DNA from: a virus
Lineage: Duplodnaviria > Caudoviricetes
Strand: one strand, 5' to 3'
DNA length: 33,820 nt
IMG/VR virus record: IMGVR_UViG_3300037419_003082
Location: 1-33,820 of that record
Shown: positions 9,083-18,108 of the stretch, piece by piece
How positions within the stretch are numbered: the first letter of the stretch is position 1
Layout: each line of letters opens with the position of its first letter
Notes under the pieces: model-generated
What the model saw: only the letters and a program-made list of their open reading frames with translations
What the model was told of the DNA's origin: nothing
Databases searched by the model: none
Position numbers and translations under genes: made by a program

Positions 9083-9624
9083 GGTTCGACCCCGAGGATT
9101 TCGGCTTTGATGCGGTGGATGGTGGCGGCATCGGCGCCGGCTGCCTTGCCGCCGCGATCGACGGCTTCCACAGCGGCCTGCTTGGCGCGTTTCATGGCCT
9201 CGTCGCGGATCTTCGCCTCGCGATCGACGTCCGTCTTCGCAGCGGCAGTGATGTCCTTCACTGCGCGCGCAAGGAAGTGCAGCTCCTGGCCGTCCAGCTC
9301 GACCTCTTCGCCTTCGGCCAGCGGGATGATCGCGCGCGTTGCGATCGAATTCATCAGCTGAATGAGCAGGCGGCCCTGGTTGTTGTCGGGGTCGGCGAAT
9401 TCATTGCCGAATGCCTCGGCAAACGCCGCGACCTTGCGCTGCTGCTCGACCAGCTCGCGAAAGCGCGCGGAATAGCGGCCGACGGCCGAGCGGGAGATAT
9501 GGTCGGCGCCGAGCTGCTTCAGGCTGGCGCAGATCTCGTCGATCGTCGCGCCGCGCTTGATGGCCTGGTCGACCTCGGCGCGGACTTCCTTCGGCAGTTT
9601 ATCGAGGGTTGAGCGATTGCCCAT
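9079..9624 (-). CDS. Mu gp27-like protein (DUF3486), putative terminase small subunit
   Basis: MGNRSTLDKLPKEVR...ISRSAVGRY motif, ends IKAEILGV. Confidence 0.9.
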   Translation of the reverse strand: MGNRSTLDKLPKEVRAEVDQAIKRGATIDEICASLKQLGADHISRSAVGRYSARFRELVEQQRKVAAFAEAFGNEFADPDNNQGRLLIQLMNSIATRAIIPLAEGEEVELDGQELHFLARAVKDITAAAKTDVDREAKIRDEAMKRAKQAAVEAVDRGGKAAGADAATIHRIKAEILGVEP

Positions 9625-9625
9625 G

Positions 9626-9919
9626 TCACTCGCCCGTCTTGTGGCGGCGCACGCCCTCGATCGTCAGCCGGCCTTCGGCGACGTCGATGCCGTCGGGCCG
9701 GATGCGCGCGACCACGTAGGGGCCGACCTCTTCGGTCGCGACCAGATCCTGGCCGGCGAGCCAGGCCAGCTCCGCGCGAACGTCGCGGCGCGGAATGCGG
9801 TGGCCCAGCTCGGCCAGCCAGCGCATCAGCACATCGTCGTTATGCTCGCCGCCGATCTCGTTGAGCAGATCGAGGATGGCGCGGCGGATCAGTTCAATGA
9901 CGGCCTTGGGCTTGCTCAT
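9626..9919 (-). CDS. Mu gp26-like winged-helix protein
   Basis: Start MSKPKAV; RRAILDLL...VRAELAWLAGQDLV...GIDVAEG...GVRR; conserved position before DUF3486. Confidence 0.8.
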   Translation of the reverse strand: MSKPKAVIELIRRAILDLLNEIGGEHNDDVLMRWLAELGHRIPRRDVRAELAWLAGQDLVATEEVGPYVVARIRPDGIDVAEGRLTIEGVRRHKTGE

Positions 9920-10200
9920 TTGTGGAGCCCCTGTTCGATCAGCATGTTCAGGTACTGATTGGTGGTCTCGCCGATGCGCCTCAGCGCCTCGACGGTGGTC
10001 TCCAGGCCGCGGACGCGCTCCGCGACCTTGCCGATGTCCTTGGACAGATCGATGCGGCTCGGGGGTTCGTCGGCGCGGTTCTCCAGCGCCAGAACACGGC
10101 CCTCTAACGCCTGAATGCGAAGCAGGCCGACAAGGATGAGAATCGGGGTGAAAATGGTCCCGATGAGGCAGGCAACAGCGAGCCAGGCCGGGACGATCAT
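9916..10200 (-). CDS. Mu gp25-like membrane-anchored coiled-coil protein (DUF2730-like)
   Basis: N-terminal hydrophobic helix followed by coiled coil; synteny. Confidence 0.65.
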   Translation of the reverse strand: MIVPAWLAVACLIGTIFTPILILVGLLRIQALEGRVLALENRADEPPSRIDLSKDIGKVAERVRGLETTVEALRRIGETTNQYLNMLIEQGLHK

Positions 10201-10306
10201 GGGCGGCCGCCCGCACAACGGTGATCTTCGAAACGCACGCGGCCCCTCCGCCAATAATCGGGGCCGACCTTACGGGCGCGCGCACGCGCCAGGCGGTTAC
10301 CGCCGC

Positions 10307-10807
10307 TTAACCGGCGTCTTCGGGGAACATGTTGATCTGGCGGGGGTCGCCCTTGGGCCGGCGCTTCGCCAGCTCGGGCGGCGGCACGGCGCCGGTGCCC
10401 TCAGTCGTCTGGTTGACCAGGTGCGACATATAGTAGCGGGACGTGCGGATCAAACGCGCAGCCTCCGCCATGGTGATCAACTTCGCGCGCGCCGCCGCGA
10501 CGATCGGCTGGCGGCGGGCATAGGAAAGCGCGTTGCTGGCGACGGGCACGTAGACCCGCTCGTGCAGGTAGACGTGGCGCAGCGTCTGCGCGGCCTCGCC
10601 GCCGATCAACGCCGTCAGCTCCTGCTCGACCAGCTCTTCGGTGAAGTTGATCCGCTCACCGCCATAGCGCTCGACAACGAGCATGGTGGCGTAAGGGCCG
10701 ATGTGATCGGCCATCTCTACCATCTCGGCCGTCCAGCCGGGACCGGGCTTCACATCCTCAGGAATCGGCAGCTGGCGATTGGGGCCGAGGCGAAAGGGTG
10801 CGTTCAT
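10307..10807 (-). CDS. Mor/C-like late transcription activator
   Basis: Start MNAPF (ATGA overlap); duplicated IG..A...L...YGGE/..VYVP motif plus C-terminal HTH; precedes the late genes. Confidence 0.75.
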   Translation of the reverse strand: MNAPFRLGPNRQLPIPEDVKPGPGWTAEMVEMADHIGPYATMLVVERYGGERINFTEELVEQELTALIGGEAAQTLRHVYLHERVYVPVASNALSYARRQPIVAAARAKLITMAEAARLIRTSRYYMSHLVNQTTEGTGAVPPPELAKRRPKGDPRQINMFPEDAG

Positions 10808-11502
10808 GCCGCAGCCCTCGTTTCGGCGACCGCCGCGGAGATCCGGCGGCATGCGGTTTCGAAGTGCTCGCGGTTGTGCTCAATGCCGGCAAATCGCCGA
10901 CCAGCGCGGATGGCCGCGACCCCGGTTGACCCGGTGCCCATGAAGGGGTCGCAGACACTCTCGCCGGCGACGTTCGTCATGATCTTCGCCATGACCGCAT
11001 CCGGCTTCACCGTCGGGTGCCCGAACTTCTCGGCTCCCCTTGGGGACATCGAGACGACCTGGCGGTCGAGATCTTGGAGCGTGCCGCGCGGATGGAAGCG
11101 TCTCGACCAGCCGTGAATGTAGAACTCGTGGGTCGGCCGATAGTGTTTGTTCGCGACGGGCTGCGGGTTCGCCTTTCGCCAGATGCACACGGCCTGGCGC
11201 TCGAACAGCCCGTCTATCGTGGGCAGGAGCTTGGGAAGCTGGTCGTTGTGGCAGAACACGACGACAGCACCGCACAGCAGCGGATTGATGATCTTATGAT
11301 CGAAGCCGTCGGCCAGTCCCTGGTCGATGATCTCGTCCATGCCGCTACGCGACCGACGGTAGAGCCCGCCGCCTTCGGCGCGGAACTCATACGGCGGATC
11401 CATGACATCGGCGTCGAACCAGCCGAGCGTCGGGCGGATCGCGTAGGCGTCCCCTAGGTAGAGGGTAGCCGGCCCGATCTGAACGATTCGCAGCGCGGTC
11501 AT
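10804..11502 (-). CDS. Orphan N6-adenine/N4-cytosine DNA methyltransferase (beta class)
   Basis: DPPY near the N-terminus, HPTVKP, DPFMGTGSTG SAM-binding motif. Confidence 0.92.
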   Translation of the reverse strand: MTALRIVQIGPATLYLGDAYAIRPTLGWFDADVMDPPYEFRAEGGGLYRRSRSGMDEIIDQGLADGFDHKIINPLLCGAVVVFCHNDQLPKLLPTIDGLFERQAVCIWRKANPQPVANKHYRPTHEFYIHGWSRRFHPRGTLQDLDRQVVSMSPRGAEKFGHPTVKPDAVMAKIMTNVAGESVCDPFMGTGSTGVAAIRAGRRFAGIEHNREHFETACRRISAAVAETRAAA

Positions 11503-12215
11503 TCCTCACCTCCGCGCGGGTTCATGGCGCGGCGGAGCTTCTTGCCGAGCAGCTTGATCGCTGCGTCCAGCTCGTGCGCAGTCCAAGCGAAATGGTTGCC
11601 GCCCAGGCCGAGCGCCTTCTCCACGTATGGAATGGCGCCGAAGAAGGTCAGCTCGCGTCGAGCGTAGAGCTTGCGGCCGACGGCGGTCAGCACCGCGTGG
11701 CGTTCGTACTGCGCCATCGTCAGGCCGGGATTGCCCGACTTCATTTCGGCCAGCTCGGCATCGGTCGGCCACTTCACGCCTTCGCGCGCGGCCCAGCTCT
11801 TCAGCGCTTCGATGATCGGCTGCGCCGCCTTGTGGTCGACGAAGCGGAGCGCGGCGATGCCTGACTGACGGCGAACGAAGGTGTCGATCGCCGCGTCTTT
11901 CGGATCGTCGACGACACCCAGCCAGTAGAGCGTCCACCACAGCGCCCGGATCTTCGGTGTCGTGGCGCGCTTGCCCTGAGGGCCGCTCCAACCCTTGTTC
12001 AGATGATCGAGCACCTGGCCGAGCTGGGCAAGCGACATGTCGGACATCGACTGAATGCCGGTGATCGCGAACTGCATCGCCTTGCGCTCGTCTTCGTCCA
12101 GGCCATGGCGCCGGCAGGCCGCGCGCACGGCGATCATCATCTTGGACTTGCTGTCGGCCTTGCCCTCGGCCGTGCGCAACGAGCGCTGCAGGACCGCGCC
12201 GAACTGCCTAGCCAT
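11499..12215 (-). CDS. gemA: Mu GemA/gp16-like regulatory protein (DUF1018)
   Basis: GLDEDERKAM...ITG..S...MS..QL..VL; KIRALW; IDTFVRRQ; IIEALKSW. Confidence 0.85.
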   Translation of the reverse strand: MARQFGAVLQRSLRTAEGKADSKSKMMIAVRAACRRHGLDEDERKAMQFAITGIQSMSDMSLAQLGQVLDHLNKGWSGPQGKRATTPKIRALWWTLYWLGVVDDPKDAAIDTFVRRQSGIAALRFVDHKAAQPIIEALKSWAAREGVKWPTDAELAEMKSGNPGLTMAQYERHAVLTAVGRKLYARRELTFFGAIPYVEKALGLGGNHFAWTAHELDAAIKLLGKKLRRAMNPRGGEE

Positions 12216-12480
12216 GGGCGCGCCTCCCCAGCTCGGCGATCAGCGCGGCGGTTGGCACGGTGGAAAGGTCGTTGGCGGCCACGACGGCGACCAGGTTCCG
12301 GCGGCCGCTACGTTCGCGCCGAAGGTGGCCGGATTCGAGTAGCGCCATCACGACGCGGTGAACATTGCCTTTCGACGCGACGCCTAGGGCGGTCGCAATC
12401 TCATCATAGCTCGGCGAAAAGCCGTGCTGGGCGACATAGCTGCGGACGAAATTGAGCGCCTTCATCTGAGTTCGGGTCAT
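12208..12480 (-). CDS. LexA DNA-binding-domain-only protein
   Basis: MTRTQ...FVRSY...GFSPSYDEIATALGVASKGNVHRVVMALLESGHLRR closely follows alphaproteobacterial LexA N-terminus; no S24 domain. Confidence 0.85.
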   Translation of the reverse strand: MTRTQMKALNFVRSYVAQHGFSPSYDEIATALGVASKGNVHRVVMALLESGHLRRERSGRRNLVAVVAANDLSTVPTAALIAELGRRAHG

Positions 12481-12779
12481 TGCATCCCCCTCTGCATGGC
12501 CAGGAGGATCAGCTCGTCATTGCCGAGCGGATGTTTCTGGCCGGTCACCAGCCACTGCGGAATGCGCCCGCCGTCGTCGTGCCGGGAGACGGCCAGGCCG
12601 ACACCTTCGAGGTACATGCGAGCCATGCGGAGCCGCGCCTGGTATTGCTCGACCCAGCCGGCCGGCGCCGATCGTGCCGGTTGCGGCCTGCCGAGCGGGA
12701 TGACTGGAGCTAGGGCCGTCGGCCGGGGCGCGGCGCTGCGGAACAGCTCGACCGCGCGCTGTGCGGCGGAAGCGCTCAT
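12477..12779 (-). CDS. Hypothetical protein (100 aa)
   Basis: Start MSASAAQ; ATGA overlaps at both ends. Confidence 0.6.
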   Translation of the reverse strand: MSASAAQRAVELFRSAAPRPTALAPVIPLGRPQPARSAPAGWVEQYQARLRMARMYLEGVGLAVSRHDDGGRIPQWLVTGQKHPLGNDELILLAMQRGMQ

Positions 12780-13177
12780 GCTTCTTTCCTTTCCTGGGCG
12801 GCCCGCAGCAGCTTGTCGGTAAGGGCGCGGAAGCCAGGATCCTTTTCGCGCAGCACTTCGCCGCGCTTGACCGAGCTGACGATCGTGGTGTGGTCGCGTC
12901 CGCCGAGCAGCTCGGCGATGCGCTTGGTGCTGTAATCCGGGTGCGCCTGGCGCATGATCCAGCAGACGGCGTGACGCGCGCGGCTGATCCGGAAGACGCG
13001 ATCGGGGCCGATCATGTCGCGGACCGTGAGGCCGGTCTCGAACGCAACGTCCGAGATCACGCCGGTGAACGGCGCGTCCCGGATGATCTTGCGCTCGCCG
13101 GGGTTCATTCCAGAGATCAGCTTCTCGACATAGGCGAGTCGCTGTTCGAGCTGGTCGAGGCGGTTCGGGTCGATCAT
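12776..13177 (-). CDS. DnaA C-terminal (domain IV) HTH protein
   Basis: R...ISRARHAVCWIMRQ...S..RIAELLGGRDHTTIVSSVKR; no AAA+ domain. Confidence 0.85.
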   Translation of the reverse strand: MIDPNRLDQLEQRLAYVEKLISGMNPGERKIIRDAPFTGVISDVAFETGLTVRDMIGPDRVFRISRARHAVCWIMRQAHPDYSTKRIAELLGGRDHTTIVSSVKRGEVLREKDPGFRALTDKLLRAAQERKEA

Positions 13178-13440
13178 TGGAGGCTGCGCCTCCGCAGATC
13201 GGCGTTGCCGCGTTCGACGTGGGCGGCCAGCATGTGACACAGAGTGTCCAACCGACCCTCGTCAAGCTGGACCGACATCATCGACCCGTCCTCGTGACGA
13301 AGGATCAGAACCGCGTCGCCGCAATGCTCGCCGATCGCGAGCCCCGGCTGGCCAACAACGGGCGACGCGCCCTGCAGCTGTTCAGGCTTCGTGACATAGG
13401 CGCTGAAGCCGGCGGCGTTGAACGGAATCGTCCCGCTCAT
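13174..13440 (-). CDS. Hypothetical protein (88 aa)
   Basis: Start MSGTIPF; ATGA overlaps at both ends. Confidence 0.6.
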   Translation of the reverse strand: MSGTIPFNAAGFSAYVTKPEQLQGASPVVGQPGLAIGEHCGDAVLILRHEDGSMMSVQLDEGRLDTLCHMLAAHVERGNADLRRRSLQ

Positions 13441-14012
13441 TCCGCTGCCTCCTGCAGCTCGACCTGCTCGACGGCCGGGGCCTTCTCGGCCGCGCGGTCG
13501 ATGAAGAACTCGTCCGTCTGACTGCGGCGGAGGCCAAGGATCAGCAACTTGTCGTTGGCGGCGTGCTTGGGATCGCCGATCGCCTTGATCAGCGCCTGGC
13601 GGTCCAGCTCTTCCTTGACGCGGACGAAGTCGGTCAGGTCGGGATCGTCGAGCAGGTCGGCGATCCAGTCCTCCGCCTTGCGGTTGCCGAGCGCGAGCTT
13701 GGGCGTGGTGGTGCGCTCGCCGACGATGCACCCGGCGATCTCGGCGGACTTGCGCTTGCCTTCAGTGATCGCGGGACCAGCAACCGCCCACCAGGCGCGA
13801 AGCTGGCGGAACAGGTCCTTCATGCCTTCTTCGAGCGGCTTCAGGAACTCGTCGCGGGCGGCCTGGATCGCGGCGATCGACGCGTCGGCGTCGGCGCGGA
13901 TCTTTGCCGCTTTGGTGAGCTTTGCGGCATAGTCGCCGAGCAGCGCCGTCGCTTCCTCGATCGTCTGGGGGGCGGCGAGCTTGGGCGCCTTGCGGCGCGG
14001 ACGGGCGGTCAT
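13437..14012 (-). CDS. gam: Mu Gam-like host-nuclease inhibitor
   Basis: PQTIEEA, N-terminal coiled coil, GKRKS...G..GERTTTPKL, FVRVKEELDRQAL, Q.DEFFI. Confidence 0.88.
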   Translation of the reverse strand: MTARPRRKAPKLAAPQTIEEATALLGDYAAKLTKAAKIRADADASIAAIQAARDEFLKPLEEGMKDLFRQLRAWWAVAGPAITEGKRKSAEIAGCIVGERTTTPKLALGNRKAEDWIADLLDDPDLTDFVRVKEELDRQALIKAIGDPKHAANDKLLILGLRRSQTDEFFIDRAAEKAPAVEQVELQEAAE

Positions 14013-14224
14013 TCCGGGTTCCTTTCGGGGTCTAGCGAAGAGGGGTGCACGAGCGGCAGCGCGGTCGAGCAGAAAGCGCACTCGGCAGTGATGCGGCCGA
14101 TCAGCCAGTTGGAGTGGCTGCAGCGCGGGCACCGGTTGGTCTCGTCGGGCCGGTAGAGCTGCACGTCGCCGCGGTTCACGAGCAGCGCGACCAGGCCATC
14201 GGGGGTGGGGCTCGCCTGGGTCAC
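14009..14224 (-). CDS. Small zinc-ribbon protein (71 aa)
   Basis: GTG start; CPRC...WLIGRITAECAFC; coupled overlaps. Confidence 0.7.
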   Translation of the reverse strand: MTQASPTPDGLVALLVNRGDVQLYRPDETNRCPRCSHSNWLIGRITAECAFCSTALPLVHPSSLDPERNPE

Positions 14225-14499
14225 GACGCGGCCGCCATCGCGAGGATGACCAGCGCCACGAAGGCGCCGCCACCGAAGATGGTGCCGAGCAGGTCGCCTA
14301 GGGTTACGACCGCATACCAGCCCAGGCCCTGGCACCCGGGACACCAACCATAGCCGGCATGGGGATCGGGTCCGTCTTCCAGGAAGCCGGTGCCGGCGCA
14401 GCGTTCGCAGTTGCGCACGTTGCGGTTCAACGGCCGTCCGCAATCGTCGGCCCGCGAGGCCTCTCTGCAGACGACGTGCATGTGCTTTGCATCAAGCAT
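14221..14499 (-). CDS. DnaJ-type zinc-finger membrane protein (92 aa)
   Basis: Two CxxCxGxG motifs (CERCAGTG, CPGCQGLG), C-terminal TM helix, RBS GAGGAGG. Confidence 0.65.
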   Translation of the reverse strand: MLDAKHMHVVCREASRADDCGRPLNRNVRNCERCAGTGFLEDGPDPHAGYGWCPGCQGLGWYAVVTLGDLLGTIFGGGAFVALVILAMAAAS

Positions 14500-14501
14500 G
14501 A

Positions 14502-14900
14502 TCAGGCCTCCTCGTTCGGGGCGTCGGTGTTGTTGGGGCAACTCGGGCAGGTGCGCGCGTAGCGACGCTGATCGTGATTAATCGGCGCCCCCTTGCGGCG
14601 GCGGTTGCGGACACAGGAGGAGAGCGGGATAGCCTGGCCCCAGATCGGGCAGACGACGTCCTCCCGGCCAAAGGCGGCCCGAACGCGCGTTTCCATTTCC
14701 TGGTAATCGCCGCCTTCGTAGCAGCGGCGGACGACCTTGCTGATCACCGGGCTGGAGACGTTGAGGCGGTCGGCGACGATGCGCTGGCTCGTTCGATCGC
14801 AGGCGCTGGCGAGCAACTTCAGCCACTCAGGCAGGTCGCTGCCCCACGCGGCGATCGCCTTGTCCAGATTCGTTACGTAAGCGGAATGGTTAATAGACAT
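14502..14900 (-). CDS. HTH plus Cys-cluster protein of transposable-phage early region
   Basis: SQRIVADRLNVSSPVISKVV HTH; VVCPIWG...C...CPSCP. Confidence 0.75.
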   Translation of the reverse strand: MSINHSAYVTNLDKAIAAWGSDLPEWLKLLASACDRTSQRIVADRLNVSSPVISKVVRRCYEGGDYQEMETRVRAAFGREDVVCPIWGQAIPLSSCVRNRRRKGAPINHDQRRYARTCPSCPNNTDAPNEEA

Positions 14901-14906
14901 GGTTAA

Positions 14907-15521
14907 TCACTCCCCCCGCTTCTTCGAGGGCGCGGAGCGCGGGCTGATGTCGTGGGTGACGCCGGTGTTCGGGTCGACGAGGTGGCGGAAGTACGCCCCT
15001 TCGCGGCGGCCCTGGGTGACCGACGGCGCTTTCAGGCCGGTGTTGGCGACCAGCTGATATTCGGCGAGAGCGCCGGTCAGCGGGTTGTAGGCGCGGACGC
15101 GCCGCACATAGCCCGCGCGCTGCAGGCAGTTCAGATAATGCTCGACGTTCTGCCGGCTCTGTTCCGACGTGTACTCGACCGTGCGGCGATCGAAGCGCTT
15201 GAGGACCCTGATAGCGCTCCAGATGCGTTGCTGAGACGTCTTGCGCGCCGCCGTGATCTCGCCGCGCTGGGTGACCCTCGGGGCTGCTGAAAAGCCCTCG
15301 GCTTTGTCTGTCATTGCGACCTTCAGTATTTGGCGGGGAGTGGTGCTCCGGCCGGAGGCGGTGCGCTCGACGAGCCCGGCCTGCTCGAAGCGCCAGACGG
15401 CCGATCGCACCGAAGCCGGGTTCAGTCGGAGCGAGTCGGCCAGGACGCCCAGGCTGACCGGCTGCCTCTGCTTCTGCAGCGCGGCCCAAACCGGGCCCGC
15501 GACGCGTTGGGCTCGGCTCAT
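14907..15521 (-). CDS. Tandem winged-helix DNA-binding protein following B
   Basis: Start MSRAQRV (TGATG overlap); QQRIWSAIRVLKRF...YLNCLQRAGYV...NTGLKAP...DPNTG, as in B3/BcepMu-type early genes. Confidence 0.75.
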   Translation of the reverse strand: MSRAQRVAGPVWAALQKQRQPVSLGVLADSLRLNPASVRSAVWRFEQAGLVERTASGRSTTPRQILKVAMTDKAEGFSAAPRVTQRGEITAARKTSQQRIWSAIRVLKRFDRRTVEYTSEQSRQNVEHYLNCLQRAGYVRRVRAYNPLTGALAEYQLVANTGLKAPSVTQGRREGAYFRHLVDPNTGVTHDISPRSAPSKKRGE

Positions 15522-16285
15522 CAGGCCACCTTGCGACGGAGCGGCAGTTCGCCGGTCATGACCGGCTGGTTGCCCCACCAGGCGCGGTCGATCTCGCTGG
15601 CCGCGCTCTCGATCGCGACGCGCTGCGCCTGGTTGAGGTTGGTGACGATGCGCCGGGTGACGCCCTTGGTGGAGCGAACGAAGTGGTCGACCAGGTCGTC
15701 GGCGATCGCGACCTGCGTGCAATAGTGATCGCGGAGCTTGCAGCCGTCGGCGAAGCTGGCCGGCTGGGCGGGCGTCGCGACCAGGATGCGGTTGTCGAAC
15801 CGCTCCCATTCCTTCAGCTTCGCCGGCAGCGCCTCCTCGCCGATCATCAGGATCGGCACGCCGGCCGCGTCGTGAATGTCGCGGATGATCTCGACCGACT
15901 GTTTTTTGACCAGGTGATCCATCTCGTCGATGATCAGCGGCCGCGGCTCGTGCAGCAGCGCGTCGACGATCTGCTGCAGGATCTTCGGATTGGTCCGCTC
16001 AAGCCGGCTGATGCCCAGCTCTCCCGCGATCGCTTCCAGGATGGATCGCTGAGCCCAGACCGACTTGGCCTCGATATAGGCGGCTTCGAACCGGCTGGCG
16101 CAGAAGGCCGCGGCGACGCTCTTTCCGTAGCCGGACGGGCCAAAGAACAGGCCAAGCCGGGGCGAGCCCTCGGGCGCTTCCTGGCAATCCAGCAATGTGC
16201 GGAGCGCGAGGCTCATATTGGTGAGCTGCGCCTGGGCCGGGCGTCCCGGCTCCAGATCCAGCTGCGGCTCGAATGCGGTCGTCAT
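15521..16285 (-). CDS. Transposition ATPase B (AAA family)
   Basis: GPSGYGKS Walker A, LIIDEMD Walker B, IRDIHD, ILMIGEE; RBS GAGGAGG favours ATG at 16285. Confidence 0.92.
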   Translation of the reverse strand: MTTAFEPQLDLEPGRPAQAQLTNMSLALRTLLDCQEAPEGSPRLGLFFGPSGYGKSVAAAFCASRFEAAYIEAKSVWAQRSILEAIAGELGISRLERTNPKILQQIVDALLHEPRPLIIDEMDHLVKKQSVEIIRDIHDAAGVPILMIGEEALPAKLKEWERFDNRILVATPAQPASFADGCKLRDHYCTQVAIADDLVDHFVRSTKGVTRRIVTNLNQAQRVAIESAASEIDRAWWGNQPVMTGELPLRRKVA

Positions 16286-16302
16286 GGTCACCTCCTCGTG
16301 TT

Positions 16303-18108
16303 TCAGCCGGCTTGGCTCAGGCGGCTGGGGGTCTGGTTGGATCGGCGAGGCTGGAAGGCCGCTTGGGTCAGCTTCTCAGCCCGGTATTCGGATGAGGTCG
16401 CGTAGAGCCGCGCCTTGCGCAGCTCCTCGGCGTCGACGGCGTCGCCGCGATCGGCCGCCAAGATCAGCGCGTCGGCGCGGGCGATGCGATCGGCGGCGGT
16501 TTCGGCCTTGACGGTACGCGTGCGGCGCACGGCTTCGTCGAGCTTGGGTTGCGACGGCAGAACCGGAGCTGCGACGGCAGCGATGCTCTCGATCGCCTGC
16601 GTCAGCCGTTGTTCGGTCGGCAGCGGCAGGGCGGCGAGCTTGCCGGCCTGCTCGGCGTCCTGGCGGAGAAGGTCGTCGCGGGCCTTCTCGAACGAGAAGC
16701 CGCGCATGTTCTTCTTCATGTCCTCACGCGCCAGGCGCATGTATTCGGACTGCTGCCGCCGCGCCTCGCGGGTGAAGGCCTCCTCGGACAGGCCGGCGCG
16801 CTCGTGATTGACGGCGGTGTCGATGAAGTGGCCGTCCTCGTCGAACACGAACAGCGCGCCCAGGTCCTCCTCGTCGCGGCGGACGATGACCTGGCGGCCG
16901 ACATAGGCCGGCAGGTGCGGCGACCAGTAGCGGCCGCGCTTCCACTGGATGCCGCGCTTGCCGACCACGAAGCTGCCGACCAGCGCAGACAGCGCGACCT
17001 TCAGCACGTCCTCGGACGGTGCAGCTGCCGCGCGCTTCGGCGAAGACATCCAGCGCTGCATCGGTGTCATGCCGAGCGAGGAGTGGTGGCGCTGGTGGTA
17101 GACGCCGTCGACCCAGGCATCGAGCACGCGCTGCAGCTCGTCGCCGTCGATCACCGGCACGATCACCGCCCGGCCGGTGCGCTTCTTCTCGCGCTGGCGG
17201 AGGCGCTGGGCATCGGCGACGTTGTGCCCGGCATAGCCGGCGAGCAGCTCGGCGCGATCGCGCATGAAGGTGCCGAACAGCCGCTCGACGAACGGCTTCT
17301 TCTCCGGGCTGCCCGGCGCGCATATCAGGTGTTCGATGCCGAGCGTTTCCAGCGCGCTCGTGACGGACTGATTGACGTAGCCGGATCCGTTGTCGGTCGC
17401 GACCGCCTCAGGCATCACGCCCCAGGCGCGGATGGTGTCGATCAGCAACCGGCGGACGGACAGGCCGCTTTCGCTCTCCGCCACCATGAAGCGGGCGCGC
17501 CTCGACCAGCGATCGATGACGCCCAGGACCATCTTGCGGCCGCCTTTGGTCATCACGTCCGCCTTGGTCGTGTCCAGCTCCCACACCTGATGGGCACGGG
17601 TCACGCCGCCGTCGGCGCGGCCGAGCGCGACACGGTACTTGCTCTTGTAGGCGTCGGGATCGCGCATCATTGCGAGCAGCGCCGGCTTGGACTGCTCGAT
17701 CAAGGCGATGTGCCGGCGCAGCGTGCGGAGCGACGGCAGCTCGGCGAAAGTCGTTTTCAGCAGCTCCATGATCCGCGGTGCCGCAATCGACTGCTCCGCC
17801 AGGATCGCCTCCACGGCCGCGCCCACGTCGGGGTGCGTGCTGAAGAAGTCGCTGCCTTTCGGCCGTCCGGCCGGGCGAATCGTGGTTGGTGTGCTCTGGA
17901 CCCAGCGCGATGCCAGGTCGCGCCGCGCGCGGGCCGGCAGATCATTGACCGCGTACTCGCGGCCGCCGCCGGCGCCGGTGCGGCTGCGCCAGGACCAGCC
18001 TTCACGTTCTGCAACGATGTGGACGCCGCGCTTCGTCGAGGGCAGGCCGTCCAGCTCCAGGCTGGCGATCTGCGCTGCGCTGAGATGCGTCCCCCCGGAC
18101 CAGCCCAT
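16303..18108 (-). CDS. Mu-like DDE transposase A
   Basis: N-terminal Mu-type HTH (LPSTKRGV..A.REGW..R...GGGREY), WELDTT, TDNGSGY, KPFVERLF, YHQRHHSSLG.TP, Mu C-terminal barrel. Confidence 0.95.
   Translation of the reverse strand: MGWSGGTHLSAAQIASLELDGLPSTKRGVHIVAEREGWSWRSRTGAGGGREYAVNDLPARARRDLASRWVQSTPTTIRPAGRPKGSDFFSTHPDVGAAVEAILAEQSIAAPRIMELLKTTFAELPSLRTLRRHIALIEQSKPALLAMMRDPDAYKSKYRVALGRADGGVTRAHQVWELDTTKADVMTKGGRKMVLGVIDRWSRRARFMVAESESGLSVRRLLIDTIRAWGVMPEAVATDNGSGYVNQSVTSALETLGIEHLICAPGSPEKKPFVERLFGTFMRDRAELLAGYAGHNVADAQRLRQREKKRTGRAVIVPVIDGDELQRVLDAWVDGVYHQRHHSSLGMTPMQRWMSSPKRAAAAPSEDVLKVALSALVGSFVVGKRGIQWKRGRYWSPHLPAYVGRQVIVRRDEEDLGALFVFDEDGHFIDTAVNHERAGLSEEAFTREARRQQSEYMRLAREDMKKNMRGFSFEKARDDLLRQDAEQAGKLAALPLPTEQRLTQAIESIAAVAAPVLPSQPKLDEAVRRTRTVKAETAADRIARADALILAADRGDAVDAEELRKARLYATSSEYRAEKLTQAAFQPRRSNQTPSRLSQAG

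Noticed and set aside
10804-11502. Restriction-modification system
   Set aside because: Orphan MTase in the early operon with no adjacent endonuclease; common in phages
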